A stretch of DNA of 64,000 nucleotides from an uncultured Alphaproteobacteria bacterium (GCA_944390885.1 CALXRP010000007.1:8756-72755); one strand, 5' to 3'. Counted from the stretch's first letter, positions 1-10,639 are shown. Program-made: numbers and translations. The notes: generated by a model from the letters alone, not told the origin.

Positions 1-425
1 GCAAGACCGGTACGACAAACGACAATAAAGATTCTTGGTTTATTGGTTTTTCGCCGGATTTGGTCGTTGGTATTTATATCGGGTTTGACGAACCCCGAAC
101 GCTTGGTAAACGCGAAACCGGCGCAACGGCGGCCTTGCCGATATTTTACGACTTTATGCAGCAGGCCTTGAAAGACCAGCCGGATATACCGTTCCGTATT
201 CCGAACGGCATCAAACTTGTCCGCGTAAACCACAATACCGGCAAACCGGCAACGCCGATGGACAAGGCCGTGATTGTCGAAGCGCTGAAACCGGATTTTG
301 ATTTTGACAAGCAGGGGCAGCGCGTTATCGGTGACGATTCGTCGTCAACTTCCGAAACGGAAACGCCGGCCTCCGGCTATTCCTCGGATGAGGGCGGAGA
401 TTTTCAGCTTGGCGGACAATATTAA
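1..425 (+). CDS. mrcA: penicillin-binding protein 1A, C-terminal fragment (5' end outside window)
   Basis: The frame is open from the window edge. Translation starts KTGTTNDNKDSWFIGFSPDLVVG (KTG box of the transpeptidase module) and runs into the 60..425 ORF, ending in a Ser/Thr/Gly-rich tail. Confidence 0.75.
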   Translation, partial: KTGTTNDNKDSWFIGFSPDLVVGIYIGFDEPRTLGKRETGATAALPIFYDFMQQALKDQPDIPFRIPNGIKLVRVNHNTGKPATPMDKAVIVEALKPDFDFDKQGQRVIGDDSSSTSETETPASGYSSDEGGDFQLGGQY

Positions 426-437
426 GGAGAAAGAAAA

Positions 438-1533
438 ATGCGTGCGGAAATCACGGAAATTGTTGACGAGATCAGGCAGTCTTTAGAACTGCTGAGGAGG
501 TCTCTTTGACTATGACAATGCCGTATTGCGGCTGAGCGAACTCAATGCATTGAGCGAAGATGCCAATCTTTGGAGCGATGCCGAAAAAGCCAAAAAGCTG
601 ATGAGCGAGAAAACACGACTGGAAGATAATCTCCACCGTTATGAGGCAATGGCCAAAGCTTTGGATGATATTGTTGACCTGGTTGAAATGGCCGAGACCG
701 AAAATGATGAGGTCATAATCGCCGAGGCTTATCACGAATTACAACAGTTAAAGGAAGATGCCAAACGCGGCGAGCTGGAGGCTTTGCTCTCCGGAGAAGT
801 TGATGCTAATGACGCCTTTTTAGAGGTTCATGCCGGCAGCGGCGGTACGGAAGCGCAGGATTGGGCTGAGATGCTTGTCCGGATGTATAGCCGCTGGGCG
901 GAAAGCCGCAAATTCAAAGTTGAATATGTTGAGGAAACCGAAGGCGATGTCGCCGGCATCAAATCGGTTACGTTAAAAATTTGCGGCCATAATGCTTATG
1001 GTTGGCTCAAGTCGGAAACCGGGGTTCACCGACTGGTGCGGATTTCGCCGTTTGACAGCGCGGCTCGTCGTCATACAAGCTTTGCGTCCGTCGGCGTTTA
1101 TCCCGTTTTGGATGATGATATAGAAATTGAGATTAACGAGGCCGATTGCCGGGTTGATACTTATCGTGCCAGCGGTGCCGGCGGCCAGCATATTAACAAA
1201 ACCGATTCTGCCGTGCGGATTACGCATATTCCGACCGGAATAGTTGTTCAATGCCAAAACCAGCGTTCTCAGTTTCAGAACCGGGAAGCAGCCTGGAAAA
1301 TGTTAAAAGCCCGTCTCTATGAATTGGAGCTGAAAAAACGCGAAGAAGCCGAACAAACAATGCGGGATAACCAAAGCGACATCGGTTGGGGCCATCAGAT
1401 ACGCTCATATGTTTTGCAGCCTTATAAAATGGTAAAAGACTTGCGGACGGAGGTCGAAACCTCTGATACCAAGGCCGTGTTGGACGGCAATATTGATATG
1501 TTTTTAAGTGCGGCGCTGGCCCAAAAATTATAG
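438..1533 (+). CDS. prfB: peptide chain release factor 2 (programmed +1 frameshift at 507/508)
   Basis: Frame 0 (438..506, [23 protein letters not shown]) hits TGA at 507..509 inside AGGAGG-TCT-CTT-TGA-C. The +1 frame from 508 joins the 526..1533 ORF, which carries the SPF (RISPFDS) and GGQ ([10 protein letters not shown]) motifs. Confidence 0.95.
495..510 (+). promoter_or_regulatory. RF2 autoregulatory +1 recoding site (internal SD AGGAGG plus CTT TGA C)
   Basis: The sequence aggaggtctctttgac was read directly. It is identical in logic to the classical prfB frameshift cassette. Confidence 0.9.
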
Positions 1534-1543
1534 CGGAGAGAAA

Positions 1544-2389
1544 ATGAAAACACTCGGGAAATGGCTGAAGTTCGGGATAGGGGGAGTAGTTTCCGTTTAT
1601 CTTGCCCTTTGTGCAATCGCCTGGTCTTTTCCGGAACTGTTTTTTTATCATCCGTCATCTGAAGAACCAAATCTGCAAAATGCCGAGGCAAACGGTTTTG
1701 CCGCGGAGCGCGTAGATTTCAAGTCCGCTGACGGCACGCCTCTGTTCGGCTGGTATATACCCCCGCGCGACAATCGTTTTCCGGTAATTGTCTACCTTCA
1801 CGGCAATGCTTATAATATCGAACGTTTTTATCCCAAATTGCTTCCGCTGGCAGAAGCCGGATACGGCGTCTTTATGCCGGAATATCGCGGCTTTGGCGGA
1901 ATTCCGGGCAGAATAACGCAGGCTGGTTTGGAGGCCGATGCTCTGGCCGCGGTTAAGGAGCTGCGCCGAATGGGATATAATAATTCGCAGCTGGTCATGT
2001 ACGGAATGTCGCTCGGCTCACATCTGGCCATTAATAATATACACCGCTTGCAAGATGGCGGAAATTTTGCCGGACTTATTTTGGAAGTGCCGTTTGACAA
2101 TATAGAAAACGCCGCCCGGAAAGCCGTTTGGGTACCGTTGCCGTTAAAATATATTGTCCGCGACAAATATCATAATGAAGAGATGTTGTCGCAGGTAAAA
2201 GCGCCTGTTTTGGTTATGACCGGAACGGAAGATACGGTTGTGCCGCTTGAATTGGCAAAAAATTTATATACATTTGCAAAAGATCCGAAAAAGATGATTA
2301 TATATCAGGGGGGAACACACAGCGGTTTGTATGAACTGCGCAATTACCGCGATGTTCTTTCCTGGCTGGATGAAATGGTAAGAAAGTAA
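1544..2389 (+). CDS. alpha/beta hydrolase (membrane-anchored serine hydrolase)
   Basis: ATG at 1544 follows a GGAGAG RBS, and the N-terminus has a hydrophobic anchor. Motifs: HGNAYN oxyanion region, GMSLGS nucleophile elbow (GxSxG), and late D and H (TGTEDTVVP, GGTHSG). Confidence 0.8.
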   Translation: MKTLGKWLKFGIGGVVSVYLALCAIAWSFPELFFYHPSSEEPNLQNAEANGFAAERVDFKSADGTPLFGWYIPPRDNRFPVIVYLHGNAYNIERFYPKLLPLAEAGYGVFMPEYRGFGGIPGRITQAGLEADALAAVKELRRMGYNNSQLVMYGMSLGSHLAINNIHRLQDGGNFAGLILEVPFDNIENAARKAVWVPLPLKYIVRDKYHNEEMLSQVKAPVLVMTGTEDTVVPLELAKNLYTFAKDPKKMIIYQGGTHSGLYELRNYRDVLSWLDEMVRK

Positions 2390-2392
2390 AAG

Positions 2393-5300
2393 ATGAAAAT
2401 AATCAGTAATCGGGCATATATTTTTCATAAAACGATGGATTACATCGGTGTTGCAATCCTGGGGTTGATACTGCTGTTTTTATGGCAGCTGTACAGCGGG
2501 CCGATAGCCATTCCGTTTTTGAAGCCGTATATTATCAAAGCCTTGAATCATGATGATGCCGAATACCAGGTAACGTTGGATTCGGTGAATCTTGAACTGG
2601 TGCGTTCAATTAAGCCGATTAAGATTATTGCCAATAATGTAACTTATCGCAAAAATGACGGAAGTTTTAGTGTCAATGCGCCGAAAACCTCGGTATCTTT
2701 TAGTATCAGGGCGTTATTGCATGGTGTTATTGCGCCGAGCAATATTGAGGTTAATGACCCCAGAATTTACGTCTTTACCGATTACGGTGTAAAAAAAGAG
2801 CAGGAAAATATCGCCAATCAGAAAAAGCTTGCTTTTTATTTTGATTATTTTGAAGATTTTCTTGAGCGCTTTAACTCCGATGACAAAACTTATACGGAAA
2901 GCTATGTAAATGGTATAGAAATTAACAATGCCGAAGTGGAGTTTCATGAGGTTGATCTCGGACGCAAATGGATTTTTTCCGACTTAAATTATCGTTTTTC
3001 CCGCAATTTTACCTCTATTGAATCCGATATCAGTGCATTGATGAAGTTTGATGATAAGCTGGCTTCGATCGGACTGGATATGGAATATAAAATGTTGGGT
3101 GAAAAACTATTGTTGGAATTTTATTTTTCCGATATTGTGCCGTCGCAATTTGCCGATTCCATGCCGGATAAAAAGTTATCCGCCCAGTTGGCCAAAGTTG
3201 ATTTGCCTTTGAGCGGAAAAATAGATGCCAAAATTGATTTTAGCAATGTCTTAAAAAACAAAAATAATGTTGCCAAAAGTTTGGACGATGCCTTGGAAGA
3301 AATGAGTTTTTCGCTTGAAGGTGGTAACGGCAGCATCCAGTTCTCCGAGGGCGCGGATTATAAATACAATGTTGCATCCGTAATATTAAACGGCAATATT
3401 TCTGCCGGATTGGATAAGGTGAGTGTAAAAGATGCCAAATTTGATCTGGATAATCAGAAAACAATATTAAATTTAGAGCTGACCGGGCTGAAAAAATATT
3501 TTCTTGAGCAGTCGCCGGAAGATTTGAAAATAGCCTTTCAGGCAGATATACCGGAACTAAAATTTGATGACCTGTATCACCTTTGGCCGCGGGCTTTGGC
3601 GGAAGATGCCTGGCTTTGGTGTGAAGACAGTCTGTACGGCGGTCTGGCCCAAAATGCCCGGTTTAATGTTGATTTTGCTTACGATCCGAAACAAAAAGCA
3701 ATTGTATTCAAAGACTTCAAAGGCCGGGCAGATGCCGTCGGCGTAAATTTGAATTATCTGCGCGGCATGCCGGATATCAAAGATATTTACGGCACTTTCA
3801 GTATTGATACCAAGGAATTGAAAGTTGTCGTTGATAAAGGTGTTTCCAATGGGGTTATCATGACCGGCGGATCGGTGCTGTTATATGATTTGGACAAGGA
3901 AGATAACTTTGCCGACATTAAGATTGTTGCGGAAAGTTCCATTACCGACGCTTTAAAACTGATTGATAATCCGCCGCTCGGTTTTGCTTCTGAAATGGGC
4001 CTGAAACCGGGGGCAATTGAGGGAAATGCAGTAACAGATTTGGAACTCAAATTTGAGTTGCGCAATGATCTGGATACAGACGATGTAAACGTCAAAGTAA
4101 AATCTGAGCTTAAAGACGTAATAATCCCGGATATCATCAAAGGCAAAAGCGTAAAAGCTCAAGCACTAAAACTGGATGTGACCAACGCCGGCATGCTGGT
4201 TGAAGGAGATGTGACTCTGGATGGATCTCCTTTTAAACTGATTTGGGATGAAAACTTTACCAAGGAGAAAAATTATAACAGCCGTTATCAGCTGGCTTTT
4301 GTTTATGATAAAGCATTCAAAGAAAAATGGGGAATTGATTATGAAATTCTAAATCCGCCGTATATTGACGGAACGGCAGATGTTTTGGCAGAGATCACAT
4401 CTTATCCGCAAGAAAAAATGAAAGTAAATCTAAATGCCGAATTAACGAACGCCAAGTTGGATTTTTCATTTTTGGGGTTAAATAAAAAGCTCGGAGAAAA
4501 GGCGCTGTTAAAAGCCGAAATTGATGTGAACAACGGTAAAATAACCTCCGTTCCGTCATTAAGTTTTGATAAATTTGATTTTAATCTTCAGGGAAAACTG
4601 GCTCTGAACAAAGACCAGAAGGTAACATCTATTGACATTTCCGGAATCAGAGCCCCAAAAACGGCGGCCAAAGCCAAGGTTGAATTTGCCTACAAACCAA
4701 AAGAAAAAATCAAGGTCAATATTTCCGGTACCAGTTATGATCTCTCAGCCTTTTTTGCGCCGAAAGAAGATGAAATCACCAAAACGTCAAAGAAAATACG
4801 GAGCGAAAAAAACATCTCCCGTCCCAAAACTGAAGATAAATGGAAAGATATTACCGATACGGATATTAACATTGCGGTCAATAATTTGTGGACAAGCGAA
4901 AATTCTATGATTAAAAATTTTGCCGGTTCTGCCAAATTGGTCAAAGGAACCGGTATCAAAGAAATCCGCCTGGTTGGGAACTTTACTTCTTCTCCCCATT
5001 CCTATCTGCGTTTGAATTATGTACCGCACGCCAATAAGGAATTTATGCTGGATATTGACAGCAATGATGCCGGAAATACATTAAAATTTTTGCGCCTTTA
5101 TGATAACATGCAGGGCGGACGCTTGAACGTCAGTGCCCGACGGGATAAAAATCAAGACTTTGTCGGACATGCCAAAATTCGGGATTTCAGCGTACATAAT
5201 ACGCCGGTTTTAGCAAAACTGCTGACGGTTGCCTCTTTTTCAGGAATGGTAAATTTGCTGACCGGTGAAGGAATAAAATTCTCGCATTTTGATGCCCCGT

Positions 5301-5635
5301 TTACTTATTCAAACCAAATATTGTCGGTTAAAGAAGCCAAGACTTTCGGCAATGTTTTGGGAATTACCGCCAACGGCAGTTATGATTTGTATTATGATAA
5401 TATTGATGTCAAAGGAGTTGTAGCTCCGGCCTACAGCTTAAACAGCCTGATCGGAAAAATACCGCTGGTCGGCAGTTTGCTTTCCGGCAAAGACGGAACG
5501 GTTTTTGCTGCCAATTATCAAATCAAAGGAAATATTGAAGATCCGCAAATCAGTCTAAATCCGCTTTCGGCACTGAGCCCGAGTTCGTTAAAAGATATGT
5601 TGTCTTCTGTCTTTGGAGAAAACAATGGCAAATAG
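2393..5635 (+). CDS. AsmA-family / YhdP-like (DUF3971-type) large envelope protein
   Basis: 1080 aa with an N-terminal TM segment and a long beta-rich body. The C-terminus (IGKIPLVGSLLSGKDGTVFAANYQIKGNIEDPQISLNPLSALSP) is typical of AsmA-like C-terminal regions. Confidence 0.65.
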   Translation: MKIISNRAYIFHKTMDYIGVAILGLILLFLWQLYSGPIAIPFLKPYIIKALNHDDAEYQVTLDSVNLELVRSIKPIKIIANNVTYRKNDGSFSVNAPKTSVSFSIRALLHGVIAPSNIEVNDPRIYVFTDYGVKKEQENIANQKKLAFYFDYFEDFLERFNSDDKTYTESYVNGIEINNAEVEFHEVDLGRKWIFSDLNYRFSRNFTSIESDISALMKFDDKLASIGLDMEYKMLGEKLLLEFYFSDIVPSQFADSMPDKKLSAQLAKVDLPLSGKIDAKIDFSNVLKNKNNVAKSLDDALEEMSFSLEGGNGSIQFSEGADYKYNVASVILNGNISAGLDKVSVKDAKFDLDNQKTILNLELTGLKKYFLEQSPEDLKIAFQADIPELKFDDLYHLWPRALAEDAWLWCEDSLYGGLAQNARFNVDFAYDPKQKAIVFKDFKGRADAVGVNLNYLRGMPDIKDIYGTFSIDTKELKVVVDKGVSNGVIMTGGSVLLYDLDKEDNFADIKIVAESSITDALKLIDNPPLGFASEMGLKPGAIEGNAVTDLELKFELRNDLDTDDVNVKVKSELKDVIIPDIIKGKSVKAQALKLDVTNAGMLVEGDVTLDGSPFKLIWDENFTKEKNYNSRYQLAFVYDKAFKEKWGIDYEILNPPYIDGTADVLAEITSYPQEKMKVNLNAELTNAKLDFSFLGLNKKLGEKALLKAEIDVNNGKITSVPSLSFDKFDFNLQGKLALNKDQKVTSIDISGIRAPKTAAKAKVEFAYKPKEKIKVNISGTSYDLSAFFAPKEDEITKTSKKIRSEKNISRPKTEDKWKDITDTDINIAVNNLWTSENSMIKNFAGSAKLVKGTGIKEIRLVGNFTSSPHSYLRLNYVPHANKEFMLDIDSNDAGNTLKFLRLYDNMQGGRLNVSARRDKNQDFVGHAKIRDFSVHNTPVLAKLLTVASFSGMVNLLTGEGIKFSHFDAPFTYSNQILSVKEAKTFGNVLGITANGSYDLYYDNIDVKGVVAPAYSLNSLIGKIPLVGSLLSGKDGTVFAANYQIKGNIEDPQISLNPLSALSPSSLKDMLSSVFGENNGK

Positions 5636-6113
5636 GCTGAAAATCGGGATTGATTTTCATGGCGTGATTACGGCCAATCCTCATTTTTTCAGTGCCTTTA
5701 GCCAAGGAGCCGTAAAACGCGGCTGGGAAATTCACGTTATTACCGGCGGCCCGGCTGATGTGGTTTGCAAAATGCTGGATGATTGGAAAATTGCCTATAC
5801 CACAATTTTTGCCATACTTGATTTTTATGAAGCGTTGAATAAAGTGCAGCATATTACGGATAATAAATTTCATGTGGAAGACAAATTATGGGACAGCGCC
5901 AAAGCGCGGTACTGCAAAGAACATGGCATAGATATTCATATTGATGACAGTACGATTTATAAAAAATGGTTTTCAACACCTTATTGCCTCTATGATACGT
6001 TTGAAAGCAGCTGCCGGTTGGAAGACGGAAAGAAAATGGATTTTTCCGGCAGTGCGGAAATTGCTTTGAATGAAGTGGAAAATGCCGTCCGAAAAAAACA
6101 ATCGGCTTCATAA
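5613..6113 (+). CDS. hypothetical protein, possibly HAD-like fold
   Basis: The 166-aa ORF overlaps the upstream stop, suggesting translational coupling. IGIDFHGVIT and HIDD resemble degenerate HAD motifs I and IV. The assignment is weak. Confidence 0.45.
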   Translation: MEKTMANRLKIGIDFHGVITANPHFFSAFSQGAVKRGWEIHVITGGPADVVCKMLDDWKIAYTTIFAILDFYEALNKVQHITDNKFHVEDKLWDSAKARYCKEHGIDIHIDDSTIYKKWFSTPYCLYDTFESSCRLEDGKKMDFSGSAEIALNEVENAVRKKQSAS

Positions 6114-6323
6114 AAGTCGGAATTTTTTTATAAATCAAAATTAAATCATTCTTAAGAAATCCCCATTATACTATGCGCGAAAAAAGAAGGGACGATATGC
6201 CTTTGTGGGCAGAAAGCTCAAAAACTAACGGTTATAAACGAAAGTAAGCCTGGAAGTTGCACGGATCGCGGCTAAATTAGACGGGCTTTCAAAAAATAAA
6301 TGCCGTAAGGCCCAAAATAAAAG

Positions 6324-7037
6324 GTGAATAAAATGATAACTGAAGAGATTGTCCATGTCAAAGGCCGGCCTCGGAAGCTGGTCGTTTTTCTGCACGGTTA
6401 TATAGACAGCGCTCCTGCTCTTGACCGGAAAATAAACCTCCTCGTTGACGGGTTGGATAATGCAGCGGTTCATATCCCGCAAGCTCCGGTCATTTGTGAA
6501 ATTCATGAAAATAAACGCCAGTGGTACTCCATGCATCGTTTTGATCCGGACGATGCTCGCAAATTTGTACCGACAATGGAAGAATGTGTTGCCATTTATG
6601 ATCGTATGGGGCAGGGATTGGCAGAGGCATACTCTTATCTGGACGAATATATTGAAGAGCGGCTTAATATGTATGGTCTGGAGGCAAAAGACCTTTATCT
6701 TTGCGGCTTTTCGCAAGGGGCTATGCTGGCTTTGTATTATGCCTTAAGACATGAGGAAACAATCGGCGGCTGCATCAGCTTCAGTGGTATTTTAACGCCG
6801 CATACCTACTTGCTGAAACACCATAAAAGCTCGCCGGATGTTTTACTTATTCATGGCAATGCCGACAACCTGGTGCGTTTTGAAGCGCTGAATTTTACAC
6901 GCAGTCTCTTGGAGCAAATGGGTTGCAATGTTTCGACCTATGTTGTGGAAGAAGGACGCCACATGGTAACGGAAGACGGACTGGCACAAGCCTTACGTTA
7001 TATCTCGCGTCATCAACTAAAGCAAAAGGCTGTCTGA
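6324..7037 (+). CDS. phospholipase/carboxylesterase-family alpha/beta hydrolase
   Basis: Motifs FLHGY, GFSQGA (GxSxG), IHGNADNLV and a late GRHMV His match the Abhydrolase_2 pattern. Start is GTG at 6324, or ATG at 6333. Confidence 0.8.
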   Translation: MNKMITEEIVHVKGRPRKLVVFLHGYIDSAPALDRKINLLVDGLDNAAVHIPQAPVICEIHENKRQWYSMHRFDPDDARKFVPTMEECVAIYDRMGQGLAEAYSYLDEYIEERLNMYGLEAKDLYLCGFSQGAMLALYYALRHEETIGGCISFSGILTPHTYLLKHHKSSPDVLLIHGNADNLVRFEALNFTRSLLEQMGCNVSTYVVEEGRHMVTEDGLAQALRYISRHQLKQKAV

Positions 7038-7040
7038 TTA

Positions 7041-8066
7041 TCAAAGAAAAGGATAGGGAATAACCACGCCGCCGTCTGAACTCAGACTGCCGGTAATCCG
7101 TTGAATATTCAGCACAGAATCTTCGCCCAATGTCCTGTTGTAAATTTCTTTATAATTGCCGTATTGTTTTAATGCCTGGCGAAAACCTTTGGGGTTCATT
7201 TCAAATTTTTGCCAGAGTGCGGGAGCATATCCGAGCATATTGCGGATTGATGGATCTTGGGCATTTTCTAAAATATCGACATTAGCGGAGGTAATGCCGT
7301 ATTCTTCAGCCAGATACAAGTTGTTGATAATCCAGCTTATGATACTTTGCAACCGGGTGTTTTCTCTGCTGACATAAGCATACACCGGTTTAGCTGTGAT
7401 AACTTCCGGTAAAACGGCCGGTTTTGATTTCTGCTGTTCAAAAACAACGGATTTTAAGAACGTTTCATTACCGGTCAATAAAGCACAACGATTAAGCATA
7501 AAAGCTTCTTTAGCTTTTTGCTGACTCGGAAATCTAATGGCTTTCAGCTTCAGATTATATTGCCGATTATAAAGATCAAGGTTGTATAATTCTTCGGAGT
7601 TGTTGACGGAACAAACGGTCTTTCCCTTAAAGTCAAGCATAGATGTTGCGTCGCCCGGCTGGCGGGCCGCAAACATCTGCCTGTCAAAATACAAAAGCCC
7701 GGCCGGAACGATTCTGCGGGAAATATCCAAAGAAGCGGAATAGGGCGTATTGCCGAGCATAACGTCGACTTTCCCGCTTTGCAGAGCGGTCGCAGCCTCG
7801 GATTGCGGAACGTTCACCAGTTCAAAATATTTTTCATTGCCAAAGATGACGGAAGAAAAAATCTTGCAGATTTCCGCATCAAACCCCTGCCACTGCTTAT
7901 CGTCGTCACGATAGGCAAAGGCTCTGCTGTGAAGGGAGGTTCCGCAGCGAATGGCGCCGTGCGATTTAATATAGCGCAATCCGGCATCTTCCGCAAAAGA
8001 AGGCTGAGCGGAAAATAAAACGGCAAAAATCAAAAATATGTATTTAAGTTTCATTTTTTTAACCAA
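7041..8066 (-). CDS. amino-acid ABC transporter periplasmic substrate-binding protein (AapJ-like)
   Basis: 341 aa with a signal peptide (LFSAQPSFA). IRCGT...WQGFDAEICK...SGKVDVML matches general L-amino-acid binding proteins. Confidence 0.8.
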   Translation of the reverse strand: MVKKMKLKYIFLIFAVLFSAQPSFAEDAGLRYIKSHGAIRCGTSLHSRAFAYRDDDKQWQGFDAEICKIFSSVIFGNEKYFELVNVPQSEAATALQSGKVDVMLGNTPYSASLDISRRIVPAGLLYFDRQMFAARQPGDATSMLDFKGKTVCSVNNSEELYNLDLYNRQYNLKLKAIRFPSQQKAKEAFMLNRCALLTGNETFLKSVVFEQQKSKPAVLPEVITAKPVYAYVSRENTRLQSIISWIINNLYLAEEYGITSANVDILENAQDPSIRNMLGYAPALWQKFEMNPKGFRQALKQYGNYKEIYNRTLGEDSVLNIQRITGSLSSDGGVVIPYPFL

Positions 8067-8113
8067 TGTGCTATATTATAATATCAGGCAAAATAACTAT
8101 AAGGCATTTTTTT

Positions 8114-8815
8114 ATGAAACGTAACCATTTTTTGCAACTTATTATCCTCTGTTTTGCAATACTGATTTCTGCACCGCTCCGGGCCGCGCCGATAGATGAT
8201 AAAACGGCCGCCGACTGGGTGCGGGAAAAAGGCGGAATTTTGCTCAATACGTTTAATGAAAAAGACCTTTCGGTAAAATACCGGCAGCTGGATACGTTGT
8301 TTTTAAAATATGTCGATTTGGATTATGTTGGCAAATTTGTGCTGGGCAAATATTGGAAAAACCTAAATAAAGAGCAACAAAAACGATATATTTCTTTATT
8401 CAAAAGATACGCCTTGTCGCTGTATAAAGGCTTTCCGTTAAATTTTGACAACCGTCTTTCTTTTAAGGTAAACAACGTTGAAGGGCGTACAAATTATACT
8501 GATGTCTGGACGTCAATAACCTTGGCGCCGAAAGAAAAGGAAAGTACCGAAACCTCTGTTACTGTCGCTTTTCGTCTGCAACAAACGGGAAAAGAGATAA
8601 AAATTATTGATATCACGCTGGGTGAAAGCAGTTTGATATTGTCTTATCGCAGCCGTTTTTATCAAATGATGCAAGAGGCGGATTCGGATCCCGAATGGTT
8701 TTTGGAAGATTTGGAAACCATTACCAAATCAAATGAAAAAAATAACCAGTTACAGCTGGAAAACGCAGAAACCCCGGCTGCTGGAAATATCCAACCGGTC
8801 GCTTCGCCCGAGTAA
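8114..8815 (+). CDS. MlaC/Ttg2D-family phospholipid-binding periplasmic protein
   Basis: ATG at 8114 with a signal peptide (LISAPLRA). YVGKFVLGKYWKNLNKEQQKRYISLFKRYALSLY is the typical MlaC core. Confidence 0.7.
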   Translation: MKRNHFLQLIILCFAILISAPLRAAPIDDKTAADWVREKGGILLNTFNEKDLSVKYRQLDTLFLKYVDLDYVGKFVLGKYWKNLNKEQQKRYISLFKRYALSLYKGFPLNFDNRLSFKVNNVEGRTNYTDVWTSITLAPKEKESTETSVTVAFRLQQTGKEIKIIDITLGESSLILSYRSRFYQMMQEADSDPEWFLEDLETITKSNEKNNQLQLENAETPAAGNIQPVASPE

Positions 8816-8888
8816 AGGCAAAAAAGCTGTTGAATTTCCTTAGATATAAGATTATTATCTCTTTCATGTTTTAAAGAGGAGGATAATC

Positions 8889-10277
8889 ATGACCAAAATA
8901 TATCTGCACAATACTGTTAGCCGCCGCAAGGAGGAGTTCGTTCCCATTGACGCCAATAACGTGCGGATGTATGTCTGTGGACCGACGGTTTATGACAAAG
9001 CCCACCTCGGAAACGCCAAAACCTCCGTTGTCTTTGACGTTTGGTACCGCCTGCTGCGCGCTGTTTACGGTGCAGAACATGTTACCTATGTTTCCAATAT
9101 TACGGATGTCGATGACAAGATTTTAAACAAACATAAAGAAACCGGCAAGCCGATACGAGAAATTACCGAACAGACCTATCAGTGGTATCTGGATGATATG
9201 AAAAGGCTGAACGTTCTGGATCCGAACTTTCGTCCCCGGGCAACGGAATATATCGGCGAGATGATAGAACTGGTCAAACGCCTGCTTGCCAATGGACATG
9301 CTTATGAAGCCGCCGGCCATGTGCTTTTTAGTGTTGATTCCATGCCAAATTACGGATTTTTATCCGGCCGTTCCATGAAGGAAATGCTCGCCGGAGCCCG
9401 GATTGATGTTGCCGATTACAAAAAGAACCCGGCAGATTTTGTTTTGTGGAAACCTTCCGATGCCGATCAGCCTGGTTGGGACAGCCCCTGGGGCTACGGA
9501 CGGCCGGGCTGGCACTTGGAATGCTCGGCAATGAGCTCCAAACTGCTGGGCAACGATTTTGATATTCACGGCGGCGGATCAGATCTGATCTTCCCACATC
9601 ATGAAAACGAATGCGCTCAGTCTTGCTGCGCTTTTGAGGGCTCAAAATTTGCCCATTACTGGATTCATGCCGGTATGTTGATGGTGGACGGCGTTAAGAT
9701 GTCAAAATCGCTGGGCAATTTTTATATTGTTGACGAGATTTTGGCAAAATATCCGGCCGAGGCATTACGCCTGCTGTTTTTGAGCGGACATTATCACCAG
9801 CCGTTCAACTTTACTTTTGAGGGCTTAAACCAGGCCAAAGCGACTTTGGATAAATTCTATAATGCGCTGCTGAAAAATGCTGCTGTTGAAGTTGATAAAA
9901 ATATTGAGCCGGATGCCCGGGTACTGGAAGCGCTGGCCGATGACCTGAACACGCCGCTGGCAATTTCCTATCTGCACGAGATTGTCAACAACCTGAACAA
10001 GGCTGAAACAACAGAAGATAAGCAAAAATATAAGTCGCAATTGTTGGCGGGCGCTGATCTGCTGGGTCTGCTGTGGCAGCAGCCGGAAGTTTGGTTCAAA
10101 GGAGGGGAGAACGCATCGGCTTTGGATGAAAAAGCCATCGAGGCCAAAATCGCCGAACGCCTTGCCGCCAAAAAGAACAAAGACTATGCTCTGGCCGATA
10201 AAATCCGCAATGACTTGAAAGCGCAGGGCATTCTGCTGGAAGACGGCCCCTCCGGCACAACCTGGAAAATTGCCTGA
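8889..10277 (+). CDS. cysS: cysteine--tRNA ligase
   Basis: 462 aa with a HIGH-type motif (AHLGNAKT), KMSKS (VKMSKSLGN) and WHLECSAM. A strong RBS GAGGAGG lies upstream. Confidence 0.95.
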   Translation: MTKIYLHNTVSRRKEEFVPIDANNVRMYVCGPTVYDKAHLGNAKTSVVFDVWYRLLRAVYGAEHVTYVSNITDVDDKILNKHKETGKPIREITEQTYQWYLDDMKRLNVLDPNFRPRATEYIGEMIELVKRLLANGHAYEAAGHVLFSVDSMPNYGFLSGRSMKEMLAGARIDVADYKKNPADFVLWKPSDADQPGWDSPWGYGRPGWHLECSAMSSKLLGNDFDIHGGGSDLIFPHHENECAQSCCAFEGSKFAHYWIHAGMLMVDGVKMSKSLGNFYIVDEILAKYPAEALRLLFLSGHYHQPFNFTFEGLNQAKATLDKFYNALLKNAAVEVDKNIEPDARVLEALADDLNTPLAISYLHEIVNNLNKAETTEDKQKYKSQLLAGADLLGLLWQQPEVWFKGGENASALDEKAIEAKIAERLAAKKNKDYALADKIRNDLKAQGILLEDGPSGTTWKIA

Positions 10278-10305
10278 ATTTAAGAATGCAAATTTTCTTT
10301 AATGC

Positions 10306-10337
10306 AAAATGCCGCGTTTGCCGGCATTTTGTTTTTT
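10306..10337 (+). terminator. intrinsic terminator after cysS
   Basis: AAAATGCCG / CGGCATTTT stem followed by GTTTTTT. Confidence 0.7.
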
Positions 10338-10603
10338 AGAAACAAAGCCAAAACAGCGTCAGACAGATTTTATAAACTTTGCGCAGAGATTTTCTGTATC
10401 GGGGCTTGTAAAAAATTCGGGTATCGGACAAAGGCGGAGAAGGCGGCGTATCGGGAAGAAAGGGAGAAAAAGGAAAAACGTCCTGATGTAAAAGACGGGG
10501 CGGCTGTTTATAAAAAATCACATCCGGGCGAGGGTATCTTTTTGCCCTCAAACGGTCAAATCTTTTGTTCTTCAATGTTTGTTTCCTGCCTTTGGTATAA
10601 ATG

Positions 10604-10628
10604 AAAGCCCCTGAAAAACAGGGGCTTT
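10604..10628 (-). terminator. hairpin downstream of the 10640..10873 gene
   Basis: AAAGCCCCTG-AAAAA-CAGGGGCTTT is a perfect 10-bp stem, U-rich on the minus-strand reading. Confidence 0.5.
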
Positions 10629-10639
10629 GTCTCGGAGCT

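Noticed and set aside
6114-6323. Possible ncRNA or tmRNA-like segment in the 210-nt gap before the carboxylesterase gene.
   Set aside because: There is no tag-like reading frame ending in a hydrophobic Ala-Ala, no tRNA-like acceptor or T-arm, and no motif of any RNA family that I recognise. The evidence is insufficient.
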